Assembly: GCA_965198225.1 (NCBI GenBank)
Contig: CBDAOY010000002.1
Location: 1 to 64,000 of the forward strand
Source: Terriglobia bacterium
GTDB taxonomy: Bacteria > Acidobacteriota > Terriglobia > 20CM-2-55-15
DNA: 64,000 nt
Reading direction: 5' to 3'
Of the stretch, positions 29,871 through 38,680 are shown in pieces. The translations under genes were made by a program, and so were the position numbers. The notes below the pieces were generated by a model. It did no database searches and was not told the origin of the DNA. It saw only the letters and a list, made by a program, of their open reading frames with translations. The first letter of the stretch is position 1, and the number at the start of each line of letters is the position of its first letter.

Positions 29871-30593
29871 TCAGTTTTCGTCGGACGTTACCAGCTGGAT
29901 GAATTCGGAATCTTCGGAGAGAGATTCGAAATCGGAATCGTTTGCCGCTTGGAAACGATTCACATCGCGGTACTGAATCGCCTTCCTGAGGGACTCCAGC
30001 GCCGCATCCCGCTCACCGTCGAGAGCGGACGCCGCGGCAAGAGCATAGTGAACATGGTCAGCCTTTGGGGACAGCTTCATCGCGCTTTCGAGATGCTCCC
30101 TGGCTGAATCGAACTTGTGCCGGTTCAACTCCGCGACGCCAACTTCGTAGTATTCGTCGGCGGTCTTCAGCTTAGGTGCCTTGTCTCGCTTCTCCGAGAT
30201 CCGCTTTTCGCAGGCCTGGACCAGGACGTGGGCGCGGTCGAGCAGTTCCGTTTCGGTGGCGTATTGGCTGATCAGTTCCTCAAGCTTGGCCTTGGCCCGA
30301 TCGAACTTCTCCGAATGCATCAACTTGAGGCCGGCTTCGTAAACCTTAACGGCAGAAGCGAAGACTGTCGGCCGCTTGCGGGATGCCGGGGCCTTCGAAG
30401 TCGCTTTCTTGGCGGTCTTCTTCGATGCCTTACCTGCCTGGGCCGACTTCCCCGACCCGGCTGCAGGCCCTACGTTCTTTGAGGCCTTCTTGTTGCCGGC
30501 CGACTTACTCGCCGCTACTTCTCTCTTTTTGCTGGACTTAGCCGCTTTGGGCCGAGCTTTCTGGGCCTTCTTCGCTGCTTTTCTTGTCGCCAT
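29871..30593 (-). CDS. TPR protein with a Lys/Ala-rich histone-H1-like N-terminus
   Basis: ~75 aa of KAAKKA/PKAAKS-type low complexity, then TPR-like helices (YYEVGVAELN, HVHYALAAA) and AANDSDF. Confidence 0.75.
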   Translation of the reverse strand: MATRKAAKKAQKARPKAAKSSKKREVAASKSAGNKKASKNVGPAAGSGKSAQAGKASKKTAKKATSKAPASRKRPTVFASAVKVYEAGLKLMHSEKFDRAKAKLEELISQYATETELLDRAHVLVQACEKRISEKRDKAPKLKTADEYYEVGVAELNRHKFDSAREHLESAMKLSPKADHVHYALAAASALDGERDAALESLRKAIQYRDVNRFQAANDSDFESLSEDSEFIQLVTSDEN

Positions 30594-30802
30594 AGGATTC
30601 GGTGGTCCACCGGGTCAGAAGCGCAACCTTAATGAAACACCGTTCCAAAGTCAAGGCGTCCGCGACGCTGCGGATCGGCTAACAATATTAGAATCAGCAA
30701 TTTAAGGAATTTGTTGCGGAGCTGACCGCTTCCGAAGTCCGGTCGATTCGTGAGGGTTCCAGTCGGAACGGTTGGGAGTCTCAGGAGGGGGTTGGGAGCC
30801 CT

Positions 30803-31015
30803 TCAGGACCGGCGTCCGGCGTAGGCCGATTTCGCCCTGGCTTGCGGTTCCGAAGCGGGCTCGGTGTCCACCTTTTGAACTTTGGTTTGAACACGCACTT
30901 CCTTGGGAGCCTCGATACCGAACCGGACGCGGTTTCGCCCGATCTCGAGAATCGTAATCTCGATGTTGTCAGCGATGATGATCTTCTGGTTACGTTTCCG
31001 ACCAATAATGAGCAC
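30803..31015 (-). CDS. csrA: Carbon storage regulator CsrA-like protein (divergent C-terminus)
   Basis: MLIIGRK...IEITILE...NRVRFGIEAPKEVRV; GTG start with AAGGAG RBS. Confidence 0.85.
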   Translation of the reverse strand: MLIIGRKRNQKIIIADNIEITILEIGRNRVRFGIEAPKEVRVQTKVQKVDTEPASEPQARAKSAYAGRRS

Positions 31016-31388
31016 AACACTCCTTGTTCATTTAGAGGCGGAAGTCGATTCCAAAAATACTAGAAAGAGCACCTCCCTACCTAGGAACAAAACTGAGCCC
31101 TCGTTCCACCGTGCCTCCTGCCCGTGGCAGCCTTTTCGTATGATCAGCTTCGGCGGTGCCGCTAATTTCACACTGGCTCTTCTTTTTTTCGGTGTTTTTT
31201 GGCAAAATAGCCCCGTTTATTCTGCGGAACGGTGCGCGCTTTCAGCAACGATCGGCGTTTTGGCCGGGGGAGCGTCACGGCGTTCATCGTTGTCTCGTCG
31301 TGGAAACAGGTAGCCTGGCACCTTGTCGGTTCGGAATTTGGTGGCCCGACGCTAACTCTTGCGCTGAAAGGAAGCACTCATCCGATCG

Positions 31389-32570
31389 ATGGTCAACCGT
31401 TCCGTCTGTTCCCTTCTGCTGACAGCCGTCGTTTTCTGGCCGATCCAGGCCACGGAATCGATCTCCGAGCTCTCGTCTCTTCGAGAGCCCCTCCGAGTCG
31501 AAGCCGACGCCGAGGTCGCCTACCTGAAGGAACTCTCCACCCGAGGGGTGGACTTGTGGGACCAGGGCATCCGGGTCGAATCCCTGGACGGTTCCCTGAT
31601 CTACGCCGACCATCACGGCGACCGGGTCTTCAACCCCGCTTCCGTCATCAAGATCGGGACGACCCTCGCAGCGCTGGAACGTTTCGGTCCGAAACACCGG
31701 TTCGAAACTTCCTTTTATGTCAATGGCACGATCGACGAAAAAGGGGTTCTCGATGGTGATCTCATCCTCGAAAGCGACGGGGACCCGGAAATGGGCACGA
31801 CGGATCTGGTGCGGCTGGCGCGACAGCTCACCCGCAAGGGACTGCGACGCGTCGAAGGCCGGCTCCTGATCGCCGGACCTTTCACGGTCGGAAACCTGTA
31901 CTCGAAGAAGTGGGTCACGCGCCACCTGTCTCGAACGCTTCGTCGCATCGGGTTGAGAGTCCCGACCGAGGTCGGGTTCGGGGAGCGTCGGGGCACACTG
32001 ATGGCTCAGAGGTTTTCAGAGCCACTGCGGGAGATCCTGTTCTACCAGAACGCCCGCAGCAACAACACGATCGCCGATCGGCTTGGTGTATCCCTGGGAG
32101 GACCTCGCGCAGTAGAGCGGTATCTGGAAACGGAAGTCGGCATCCCGGCCAACCAGGTACGCGTCGTGCGTGCATCGGGACTTAGGAGCAACAGGATCAC
32201 ACCGACCGGAACGGTCATGATGCTCCGGAAAATGGTGCGGTGGCTGGAAAAGAACCAGATGTCTCCCGAAGACGTAATGCCCGTCGCCGGCATCGACCGC
32301 GGCACACTCCGTCTGCGATTCAGCGCGCGTGCCCACCGAGGGGCGGTTGTCGCAAAGACGGGCACGCTGGTGGCCACCGACGAAGGCATCAGCACTCTCG
32401 CCGGCATCCTCTACACGAAAGATCACGGCCCGATGTTGTTCGCGATCTTCAACACACACGGCCCGGTTTTGCAGTACCGGAAGTTCCAGGACAGGTTCCT
32501 GAAAGGACTTCTCGCGGAATACGGTGGGATGCCGCTGGTCAACGCGTCGTCGACCCGATCGGGCAACTAG
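31389..32570 (+). CDS. dacB: D-alanyl-D-alanine carboxypeptidase/endopeptidase (peptidase S13, PBP4-like)
   Basis: Signal peptide; FNPASVIK (SxxK), SNN, AKTGTL. Confidence 0.9.
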   Translation: MVNRSVCSLLLTAVVFWPIQATESISELSSLREPLRVEADAEVAYLKELSTRGVDLWDQGIRVESLDGSLIYADHHGDRVFNPASVIKIGTTLAALERFGPKHRFETSFYVNGTIDEKGVLDGDLILESDGDPEMGTTDLVRLARQLTRKGLRRVEGRLLIAGPFTVGNLYSKKWVTRHLSRTLRRIGLRVPTEVGFGERRGTLMAQRFSEPLREILFYQNARSNNTIADRLGVSLGGPRAVERYLETEVGIPANQVRVVRASGLRSNRITPTGTVMMLRKMVRWLEKNQMSPEDVMPVAGIDRGTLRLRFSARAHRGAVVAKTGTLVATDEGISTLAGILYTKDHGPMLFAIFNTHGPVLQYRKFQDRFLKGLLAEYGGMPLVNASSTRSGN

Positions 32571-32649
32571 TTGACCCAGTGCCCTCCTTAACCTCGTCTC
32601 CCTGACCTCTCGGCAGGTCCTAAGTTGAGCGGCAATCCCGCTTCCTGGT

Positions 32650-32796
32650 GTAGGTGCGGTCTATGACCATCCCTGTCAAAACAGTTCGAGGGAAGGGCAT
32701 CTTGGAGACGCCCGTGTGCAAACGGAGGTGTAGGTGCGGTCTATGACCGCACACTCTTCGAACCGAAATAGGGGCGCTCATAGAGCGCCCCTATAC
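32650..32796. repeat. Truncated REP followed by a MITE-end remnant, then a REPIN (32730-32796)
   Basis: GTAGGTGCGGTCTATGACC|ATCCCTGTCAAAAC...; then a full REP doublet. Confidence 0.8.
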
Positions 32797-32822
32797 CCTC
32801 GGTAGGGCAAAATGAGTAGAGC

Positions 32823-33722
32823 ATGAGCTTGTTTGATCGTCTGGTTGTCTCCACCCTTCCCTTTGTCCCCAAGACCGTCGTTGGGATGGTCGCGAGGCGT
32901 TACATCGCGGGTGAAACGCCGGAAGAAGCGCTCGCTGCCGCTACGGAGCTCGGCGGCCAGGGCTTCCTGACGACGCTGGATATGCTCGGAGAAGACGTCC
33001 CCAGCATGGCTCAGGCTCGGGAGGCCGCCAACACGTACGGCTTCCTGCTGGAGGAGATCCAGCGGCTCGGCCTCGAAACCAACGTCTCGCTCAAGCCGAC
33101 TCAGTTCGGTCTGAGATTGGATAAGAACGCATGCCGCGACCTGCTGCGATGGCTGATCGAAAAGGCAGGCGGACACAACAACTTCGTCCGTATCGAGATG
33201 GAGAACTCGACCTGTACGACCGACACGCTAGAGCTCTACCGGTCGCTGCGGTCAGACTTCGACAACACCGGAATCGTGCTGCAGGCCTACCTGCGCCGCA
33301 CCAAGGACGATGCTGCCGCAATCGCGGACATCCCGCCGAACGTGCGGATCGTGAAAGGAGTCTACGTCGAACCGCACAAGATCGCCTACAAGGAGCCCCG
33401 GATCATCAACCAGAACTACATGCACCTCGCCGAGACTCTTCTGCGGAAGGGAGCCTACGTCGCCTTTGCGACACACGATGAGTTGCTCGTGTGGGAAGCG
33501 TCCCAGCTGGTCGACCGGCTCGGGCTTCCGCCGTCTGCCTACGAATTCCAGATGCTGCTCGGAGTCGAACCACGGCTTCGCGACGTCGTCCGGGACGCGG
33601 GACATCGCATTCGTGTCTACATCCCGTTCGGCAGGGACTGGTACCCGTACTCAGTTCGACGGCTCGGCGAAAACCCCAAGATCGCCGGATACGTCATGCG
33701 GGCAATGCTCCAGCGCCAGTGA
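32823..33722 (+). CDS. Monofunctional proline dehydrogenase
   Basis: RRYIAGET, SLKPTQFG, GIVLQAYL, RIVKGVY, ATHD, EFQMLLG, YIPFG.DWYPYSVRRL. Confidence 0.93.
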   Translation: MSLFDRLVVSTLPFVPKTVVGMVARRYIAGETPEEALAAATELGGQGFLTTLDMLGEDVPSMAQAREAANTYGFLLEEIQRLGLETNVSLKPTQFGLRLDKNACRDLLRWLIEKAGGHNNFVRIEMENSTCTTDTLELYRSLRSDFDNTGIVLQAYLRRTKDDAAAIADIPPNVRIVKGVYVEPHKIAYKEPRIINQNYMHLAETLLRKGAYVAFATHDELLVWEASQLVDRLGLPPSAYEFQMLLGVEPRLRDVVRDAGHRIRVYIPFGRDWYPYSVRRLGENPKIAGYVMRAMLQRQ

Positions 33723-33856
33723 CCTGTAACAGCTGTTACAGGCGACTAGTAGCGTGGTCCCGAATATACGGGCGTGTTAATCTAAGAATTTACGGTTGGG
33801 CTGGAAACAAGAACCCATTGTCAGGCGGAATTCGGGCCACAGGAGGGTTTCAACCG

Positions 33857-34108
33857 ATGCCGATCTACGACTACCGATGCGGCGCGTGTGGCCAGGTCTT
33901 CGAGAAACTGGTCATGCCCTCGAAGGAACCCGAACTGATCTGCCCTGACTGCGGTTCGAAGGAGGTCGAACGTGTCGCATCGCTTCCGACACTGACGGGT
34001 ACTTCGGCCAAACACGACGTCCTGCAGCGGGAGTACAAGCAGTATCGTAAGAAATGGGTCGAGAACGCCTATATGCCCAAACCTCCCAAGAAGAAGTCGA
34101 ACGATTAG
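33857..34108 (+). CDS. FmdB-family zinc ribbon protein
   Basis: MPIYDYRCGACG...CPDCGS; AGGAGG RBS. Confidence 0.88.
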   Translation: MPIYDYRCGACGQVFEKLVMPSKEPELICPDCGSKEVERVASLPTLTGTSAKHDVLQREYKQYRKKWVENAYMPKPPKKKSND

Positions 34109-34124
34109 TCCTCTCACTCCTCCA

Positions 34125-35039
34125 ATGAAGATCATCCTGCTCGGGACGAGTTCTGCGACTCCAACGCTGTACCGGGGCCTGTCTTCGACTGCCTTGATTC
34201 GTGAAGGAGATGTTTTCCTTTTCGATTGCGGGGAAGGGACACAGATCCAGTTGATGCGTGCCGGCATCCGGCGAAGCAAGATCCACTCCATCTTCATCGG
34301 ACATCTCCACGGGGATCATCTTTACGGGATCAACGGCCTGTTGAGCACGCTTCACCTGGACAACCGCGAAACCCCCATCCGCGTGTTCGGTCCGGAGGGT
34401 CTGCTCCGCTTCCTTCATGCCTCGTTCCGTACGAACAACCTGCGTTTCACCTATCCGATCGAGGTTCGGGAATTCCCAAGGGGCTTTGAGGGTCGGGTCC
34501 TGGACGAACGGGAATTCTTCGTCGATGCGATGCCGCTGGATCACTCTATCTTCTGCCTGGGCTGGCGGTTCCAGGAGAAAGATCGGCCCGGCGTATTCAA
34601 CCTGGAGAAGGCCCAGGAGTTGGAAATTCCCCCCGGTCCTCTCTTCGGTCGGCTGCAGAACGGTGAACCGATCGCGCTGCCCGACGGACGCACGATCCAA
34701 CCGAGCGAAGTACTCGGTGCTCCTCGACCGGGCAAGTCGGTCGCGTACTGCCTCGACACCGAGTTTTCCAAGCGGTCCATAGCGCTTGCCGAGAATTGCA
34801 CGGCCCTTGTCCATGAAACCACGTTCGGACCTGACGGCATCGACATGGCCAAAGATCGAAAGCACTCCACGATGGAAGACGCCGCCCGCGTCGCGGCGGA
34901 AGCCGGTACTGAGCTGCTCATCGCGACGCACTTCAGCAGTCGTTACGATCATCGTGATGTGAAGCGAATCGCCGACGCCGCACGGCCGGTTTACGAGAAC
35001 ATCAAGGCCGCGCGGGATCTTCAGGAAATTGAGATTTGA
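34125..35039 (+). CDS. rnz: Ribonuclease Z
   Basis: LFDCGEGTQ, HLHGDH, exosite GPLFGRLQ, HETTF, HST, THFSSRY. Confidence 0.95.
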   Translation: MKIILLGTSSATPTLYRGLSSTALIREGDVFLFDCGEGTQIQLMRAGIRRSKIHSIFIGHLHGDHLYGINGLLSTLHLDNRETPIRVFGPEGLLRFLHASFRTNNLRFTYPIEVREFPRGFEGRVLDEREFFVDAMPLDHSIFCLGWRFQEKDRPGVFNLEKAQELEIPPGPLFGRLQNGEPIALPDGRTIQPSEVLGAPRPGKSVAYCLDTEFSKRSIALAENCTALVHETTFGPDGIDMAKDRKHSTMEDAARVAAEAGTELLIATHFSSRYDHRDVKRIADAARPVYENIKAARDLQEIEI

Positions 35040-35042
35040 TTT

Positions 35043-35108
35043 GTAGGTGCGGTCTATGACCGCACGACCTTTCGGTTTGACAAATGTGCGGTCATAGACC
35101 GCACCTAC
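35043..35108. repeat. REPIN between convergent rnz and miaB
   Basis: GTAGGTGCGGTCTATGACCGCAC ... GTGCGGTCATAGACCGCACCTAC. Confidence 0.92.
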
Positions 35109-35152
35109 ACAGAAAAGTCGCGGGTGTTTGCTTACGCAGGGGTTCGGAAACG

Positions 35153-36433
35153 TTACGCGGGCACTTCTTCGCTAACCACGGCTCCTTCCAGCGTCACGCG
35201 TTCGGCGTTCGTGACGAGGGCACGGACGGTTCTGCCGGGGCGAACTGGCCGATCCACCTGCATCTTGTAGTTGCCGCGCGTGCGGCCGAAGTTGTCTTTT
35301 TCGACCAGAACTTCTTGAGTTGAACCGATCAGGCCACGCCGCTTCTCCAGACCGATCCGCTCCACCAGTTCCAGACACTCCCGGTGTCGCTCCTCGATCA
35401 GTTCGGTCGGAAAGCAAGGCAGATCCGCGGCAGGAGTTCCCTGTCTCGGAGAGTACTTGAAGACAAACCCCCAGTCGAACCCGACCTCTTCGATCAGAGA
35501 CAGCGTCCGGCGAAAGTCTTCTTCCGTCTCGCCGGGGAAACCCACGATCACGTCGGTTGCGATCGCGATGCCGGGCATCGCCGAACGCAGTCTGCCGACC
35601 AACTCGAGGTAGTGCTCGCGCGTGTAGTTGCGCAGCATGGACTTGAGGATCGAATTCGAACCCGATTGAACGGGCAGGTGGAGCCCTTCGCAGACCTCCG
35701 GCACGCCGGCCATCGCTTCGATGACCCGCACGGTCATGTAGTAGGGATGAGGGCTGATGAAACGGACACGTTCGACCCCGTCGACCCGGGCGACGGCTTC
35801 GAGCAGGTCGGAGAAATCCGTATCGCGTCCCTTCGACCCGTCGCGGTGGTAGGAGTTTACGGTCTGACCGAGCAGGGTGATGTCGCGGGCGCCTTCGCCG
35901 ACACGCTCACGGACTTCCTCGACGACCTCATTCATCGGCTGGTAGCTTTCGCGCCCCCGAACGTAGGGAACGATGCAGTACGTGCAGGAGTAGTTGCATC
36001 CCCTCATGATGGTCACGAACCTGGAGACCTGGCCGTCTGAGGTGCCGAGTGCGTATTCCAGACTCTCGTCGGTTTCCCGACCCTCCAGCAAGCCGTCCAC
36101 GATCGGGCCGAACTCTTCGATCGAGCGCGCACCGACGACGAGATCGATGTGCGGGAAGCGCGTCTCCAGGAACTCCTTGGTCCGCTCGGCCGCACATCCG
36201 GTGATGACGACCTTCCGGTTCGGCTGCTTTGCCTTCCAGCGGCGAAGCCGGCCGATCTCGGAGAGCGCGCGGTCTTCTGCATGCTGTCGGACCGTGCAGG
36301 TGTTCATCAAATAGACGGACGCCTCGTCCGGGTCCGCGGTGGGCTCGCAGCCTCGTCGGGCGAGATGACGGCCCATCTCATCCGAGTCCGCGACATTCAT
36401 CTGGCAGCCGTAGGTTCTGACGAAATACTTCAT
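35153..36433 (-). CDS. miaB: tRNA-2-methylthio-N6-dimethylallyladenosine synthase
   Basis: TYGCQMN, NTCTVR, radical SAM CNYSCTYC, LHLPVQSG, C-terminal TRAM domain. Confidence 0.95.
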   Translation of the reverse strand: MKYFVRTYGCQMNVADSDEMGRHLARRGCEPTADPDEASVYLMNTCTVRQHAEDRALSEIGRLRRWKAKQPNRKVVITGCAAERTKEFLETRFPHIDLVVGARSIEEFGPIVDGLLEGRETDESLEYALGTSDGQVSRFVTIMRGCNYSCTYCIVPYVRGRESYQPMNEVVEEVRERVGEGARDITLLGQTVNSYHRDGSKGRDTDFSDLLEAVARVDGVERVRFISPHPYYMTVRVIEAMAGVPEVCEGLHLPVQSGSNSILKSMLRNYTREHYLELVGRLRSAMPGIAIATDVIVGFPGETEEDFRRTLSLIEEVGFDWGFVFKYSPRQGTPAADLPCFPTELIEERHRECLELVERIGLEKRRGLIGSTQEVLVEKDNFGRTRGNYKMQVDRPVRPGRTVRALVTNAERVTLEGAVVSEEVPA

Positions 36434-36525
36434 CGCAACCCTGTGATCTTACACGAGCGCCCCGAAAATTGGCACGGACCCGAACGAAAACAGCCGTTCA
36501 TACAGGTAGCGTGCAATCCTTACTT

Positions 36526-36586
36526 TTATTGTTTTTCAATAAATATATTGACTGTTTATCGATAAATATTTATTGTTTATCAATAA
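36526..36586 (+). promoter_or_regulatory. sigma70 promoter overlapped by three operator palindromes
   Basis: TTATTGTTTTTCAATAA (36526), TGACTGTTTATCGATAA (36549), TTATTGTTTATCAATAA (36570); -35 TTGACT, 17 bp spacer, -10 TATTGT. Confidence 0.7.
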
Positions 36587-36611
36587 AAGGAGGTTGATCT
36601 TTATGGAGGTC

Positions 36612-37262
36612 ATGGGGAAAACATCGATTGCCTCGGTGCTGAAGATCATCATGGACGTACTGTGGTATCTGTCGTTTGCCGGACTCGCCCTGGTCGGGTT
36701 GCTGATGGTCGCCGGGGCATTCACGAGTCCGTCGCTGAACCCGTCTGCACCGTCGATCGACCGCGTCTGGGCAACGATGACGGTTCCCGTCGTTTTTGAG
36801 CTCGAGGAAGGCAGTTACGAAATACGGGCCGACGCGCTCGGTATCGAAACGGCCGAGATGGGTCAGGCGCTCTCCGAACTGAGTTTCGAAGTGCCGCCCG
36901 GCTGGTTCTACCAATTGAACATGATGGTCGCGGCGCTGGGTCTCGTGATCATTATGTGGGTCCTCTACCAGCTTCGTGCCGTGTTCGCGACGCTCAAGGC
37001 CGGAACTCCGTTCGTTGGGGCGAACGCCGGCCGAATCCGATGGATCGGTATCGCCATCATCGCGGGAGAAGTGCTGAAGTCGTTCGTCGTCGGGCTGGAA
37101 CACTACTACGTCATGACACACTTCTCGTCCGATGGCTTGAATTTCGGCACTTCGTTCGAGATCCAGGGCGTGACGATTATCGTCGGGTTCACGGTAATCG
37201 TGATCTCTGAAGTCTTCCGCTTGGGCAGTCAGCTCGAACAGGATCAGTCACTGACCGTGTGA
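36612..37262 (+). CDS. DUF2975-family membrane protein
   Basis: TM helices; GTPFVGANAGRIRWIG; C-terminal SEVFRLGSQLEQDQSLTV. Confidence 0.85.
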   Translation: MGKTSIASVLKIIMDVLWYLSFAGLALVGLLMVAGAFTSPSLNPSAPSIDRVWATMTVPVVFELEEGSYEIRADALGIETAEMGQALSELSFEVPPGWFYQLNMMVAALGLVIIMWVLYQLRAVFATLKAGTPFVGANAGRIRWIGIAIIAGEVLKSFVVGLEHYYVMTHFSSDGLNFGTSFEIQGVTIIVGFTVIVISEVFRLGSQLEQDQSLTV

Positions 37263-37271
37263 GGCGGGACG

Positions 37272-37493
37272 ATGTCCATCAAGATCAACCTGGATCGCCT
37301 GTTACTCGAAAAACGGGTAACTCTAACGGAGCTGGCCGAGCGCGTCGGGATAACGATCGCGAACCTGTCCATCCTGAAGACGAACAAGGCCAAGGCAATC
37401 CGCTTCTCGACGCTGGAGGCCCTGTGCCGGGAGTTGGACTGCCAGCCCGGAGACCTGATCGAGCGCCCTGCCGAAGAGGAAAAAATCGAATAA
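37272..37493 (+). CDS. XRE/Cro HTH regulator (YozG-like)
   Basis: LTELAERVGITIANLSILKTNKAKAIRFSTLEALCRELDCQPGDL. Confidence 0.92.
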   Translation: MSIKINLDRLLLEKRVTLTELAERVGITIANLSILKTNKAKAIRFSTLEALCRELDCQPGDLIERPAEEEKIE

Positions 37494-37502
37494 GATGGGT
37501 CG

Positions 37503-37766
37503 GTGCACGAGATTCCAATCGAAGACACGATCGACCTGCATACTTTCCAGCCAAAAGAAGTTGCGATCGTCGTCGAGGAGTACCTCTACCAGGCGCTACA
37601 GAAGGGACTGACCCAGGTGCGGATCATCCATGGAAGAGGAATCGGCGTGCAGCGCGAGATCGTACACTCCATTCTTAGAAAGCACGCCGACGTAGTCGAG
37701 TTCCACGATCTTCCGGACCGGGGCTCGACGGGGGTGGAGCTGAGGGAGGACGCTTCGCGTCCGTAG
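37503..37766 (+). CDS. Standalone Smr/MutS2-domain protein
   Basis: IDLHTF...VRIIHGRGIGVQR...GST.V.L. Confidence 0.88.
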   Translation: MHEIPIEDTIDLHTFQPKEVAIVVEEYLYQALQKGLTQVRIIHGRGIGVQREIVHSILRKHADVVEFHDLPDRGSTGVELREDASRP

Positions 37767-37800
37767 GCCGTTGTCCGTTGGCGGCTGCGCCGCCGGGAAG
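37763..37800 (+). repeat. GTAG-type REP, third family (left copy)
   Basis: GTAGGCCGTTGTCCGTTGGCGGCTGCGCCGCCGGGAAG; an inverted copy lies at 38631-38675. Confidence 0.65.
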
Positions 37801-37899
37801 AGGAGTCTCGGTTCCGACGGTTCCGCTAACAGACACCCCGGGGACAGGGCCAGGCGCCTGTCCACCTCACATTACCTCTCCTCACGGATCATCCAGCTA

Positions 37900-37962
37900 G
37901 TAAAGCTTGCTTGACATATAGTCGAGGGTTATTTACACTACAAAATGTAAAGTGACATTGAT
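37900..37962 (+). promoter_or_regulatory. Three putative XRE operator sites overlapping a TTGACA promoter
   Basis: GTAAAGCTTGCTTGAC, GTCGAGGGTTATTTAC, GTAAAGTGACATTGAT. Confidence 0.55.
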
Positions 37963-37985
37963 ATTTTGTCAAGGAGGCTTAAATC

Positions 37986-38414
37986 ATGGAAAAGACGTGG
38001 TGGGAAAGGTTTACGTGCGACGTCGGGCTCTCCGAGCGGGACCGACGCAACCAGAGGATCCTGCTGGCCTGGCTGTTCGCGTGGATGGCGGCCTGGGTGG
38101 GGGCAAGCCTCCTCATAGACCGGGTGCTGGTGCCCGGAAGCGCGGCCACGCTGGTCGCCGCCCTGGCTCCGAACCTTCTCGGGGTTGTGGCAGTCCGCGC
38201 CTTCATGACGTTCCTGCGGGAGGTCGAAGAGCTGCAGCGCAAGGTGCAGTTGGACGCGCTTGCCTTCGCATTCGGTGTCGGGGTGATGGCGATCATCGGC
38301 CTCGAACTGGCCAACGAGGCCGGCTTCTACGAAGGCAGCCCTACCGATGCGTTGATGTTCATGGCGGTGTCCTATTCCCTCGGTGTGACTCTTGGATGGC
38401 GGCGATACCGATGA
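37986..38414 (+). CDS. Hypothetical 4-TM membrane protein
   Basis: AAGGAGG RBS; EELQRKVQLDAL motif typical of XRE-coupled membrane proteins; ATGA overlap with the HTH gene. Confidence 0.75.
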   Translation: MEKTWWERFTCDVGLSERDRRNQRILLAWLFAWMAAWVGASLLIDRVLVPGSAATLVAALAPNLLGVVAVRAFMTFLREVEELQRKVQLDALAFAFGVGVMAIIGLELANEAGFYEGSPTDALMFMAVSYSLGVTLGWRRYR

Positions 38415-38620
38415 AAAACCGGATCAAGGTGTTGCGCGCCGAGCGTGACTGGACTCAGGCAGACCTGGCGGTCCAACTCGAAGTATCACGGCAGACCGTC
38501 AATGCGATCGAGACCGGTCGATACGACCCGAGCCTGCCCCTCGCTTTCCGCATCGCCGATGTCTTCGAGCAGTCGATCGAAACGATATTCACTCCGAACG
38601 GCCGGGAAGTGAACACGTGA
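38411..38620 (+). CDS. XRE-family HTH regulator
   Basis: MKNRIKVLRAERDWTQADLA...VSRQTVNAIETGRYDPSLPLAF. Confidence 0.93.
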   Translation: MKNRIKVLRAERDWTQADLAVQLEVSRQTVNAIETGRYDPSLPLAFRIADVFEQSIETIFTPNGREVNT

Positions 38621-38630
38621 TGGGCCCCAC

Positions 38631-38675
38631 TTTCCCCGCGGCGCAGCCGCCAACGGCCCACGCACAACGGCCTAC
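38631..38675 (-). repeat. GTAG-type REP, third family (right, inverted copy)
   Basis: Minus strand reads GTAGGCCGTTGTGCGTGGGCCGTTGGCGGCTGCGCCGCGGGGAA. Confidence 0.65.
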
Positions 38676-38680
38676 GTCTT

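Noticed and set aside
31020-31200. Riboswitch or sRNA upstream of csrA
   Set aside because: No recognisable riboswitch consensus by eye; an Rfam/Infernal search would be needed
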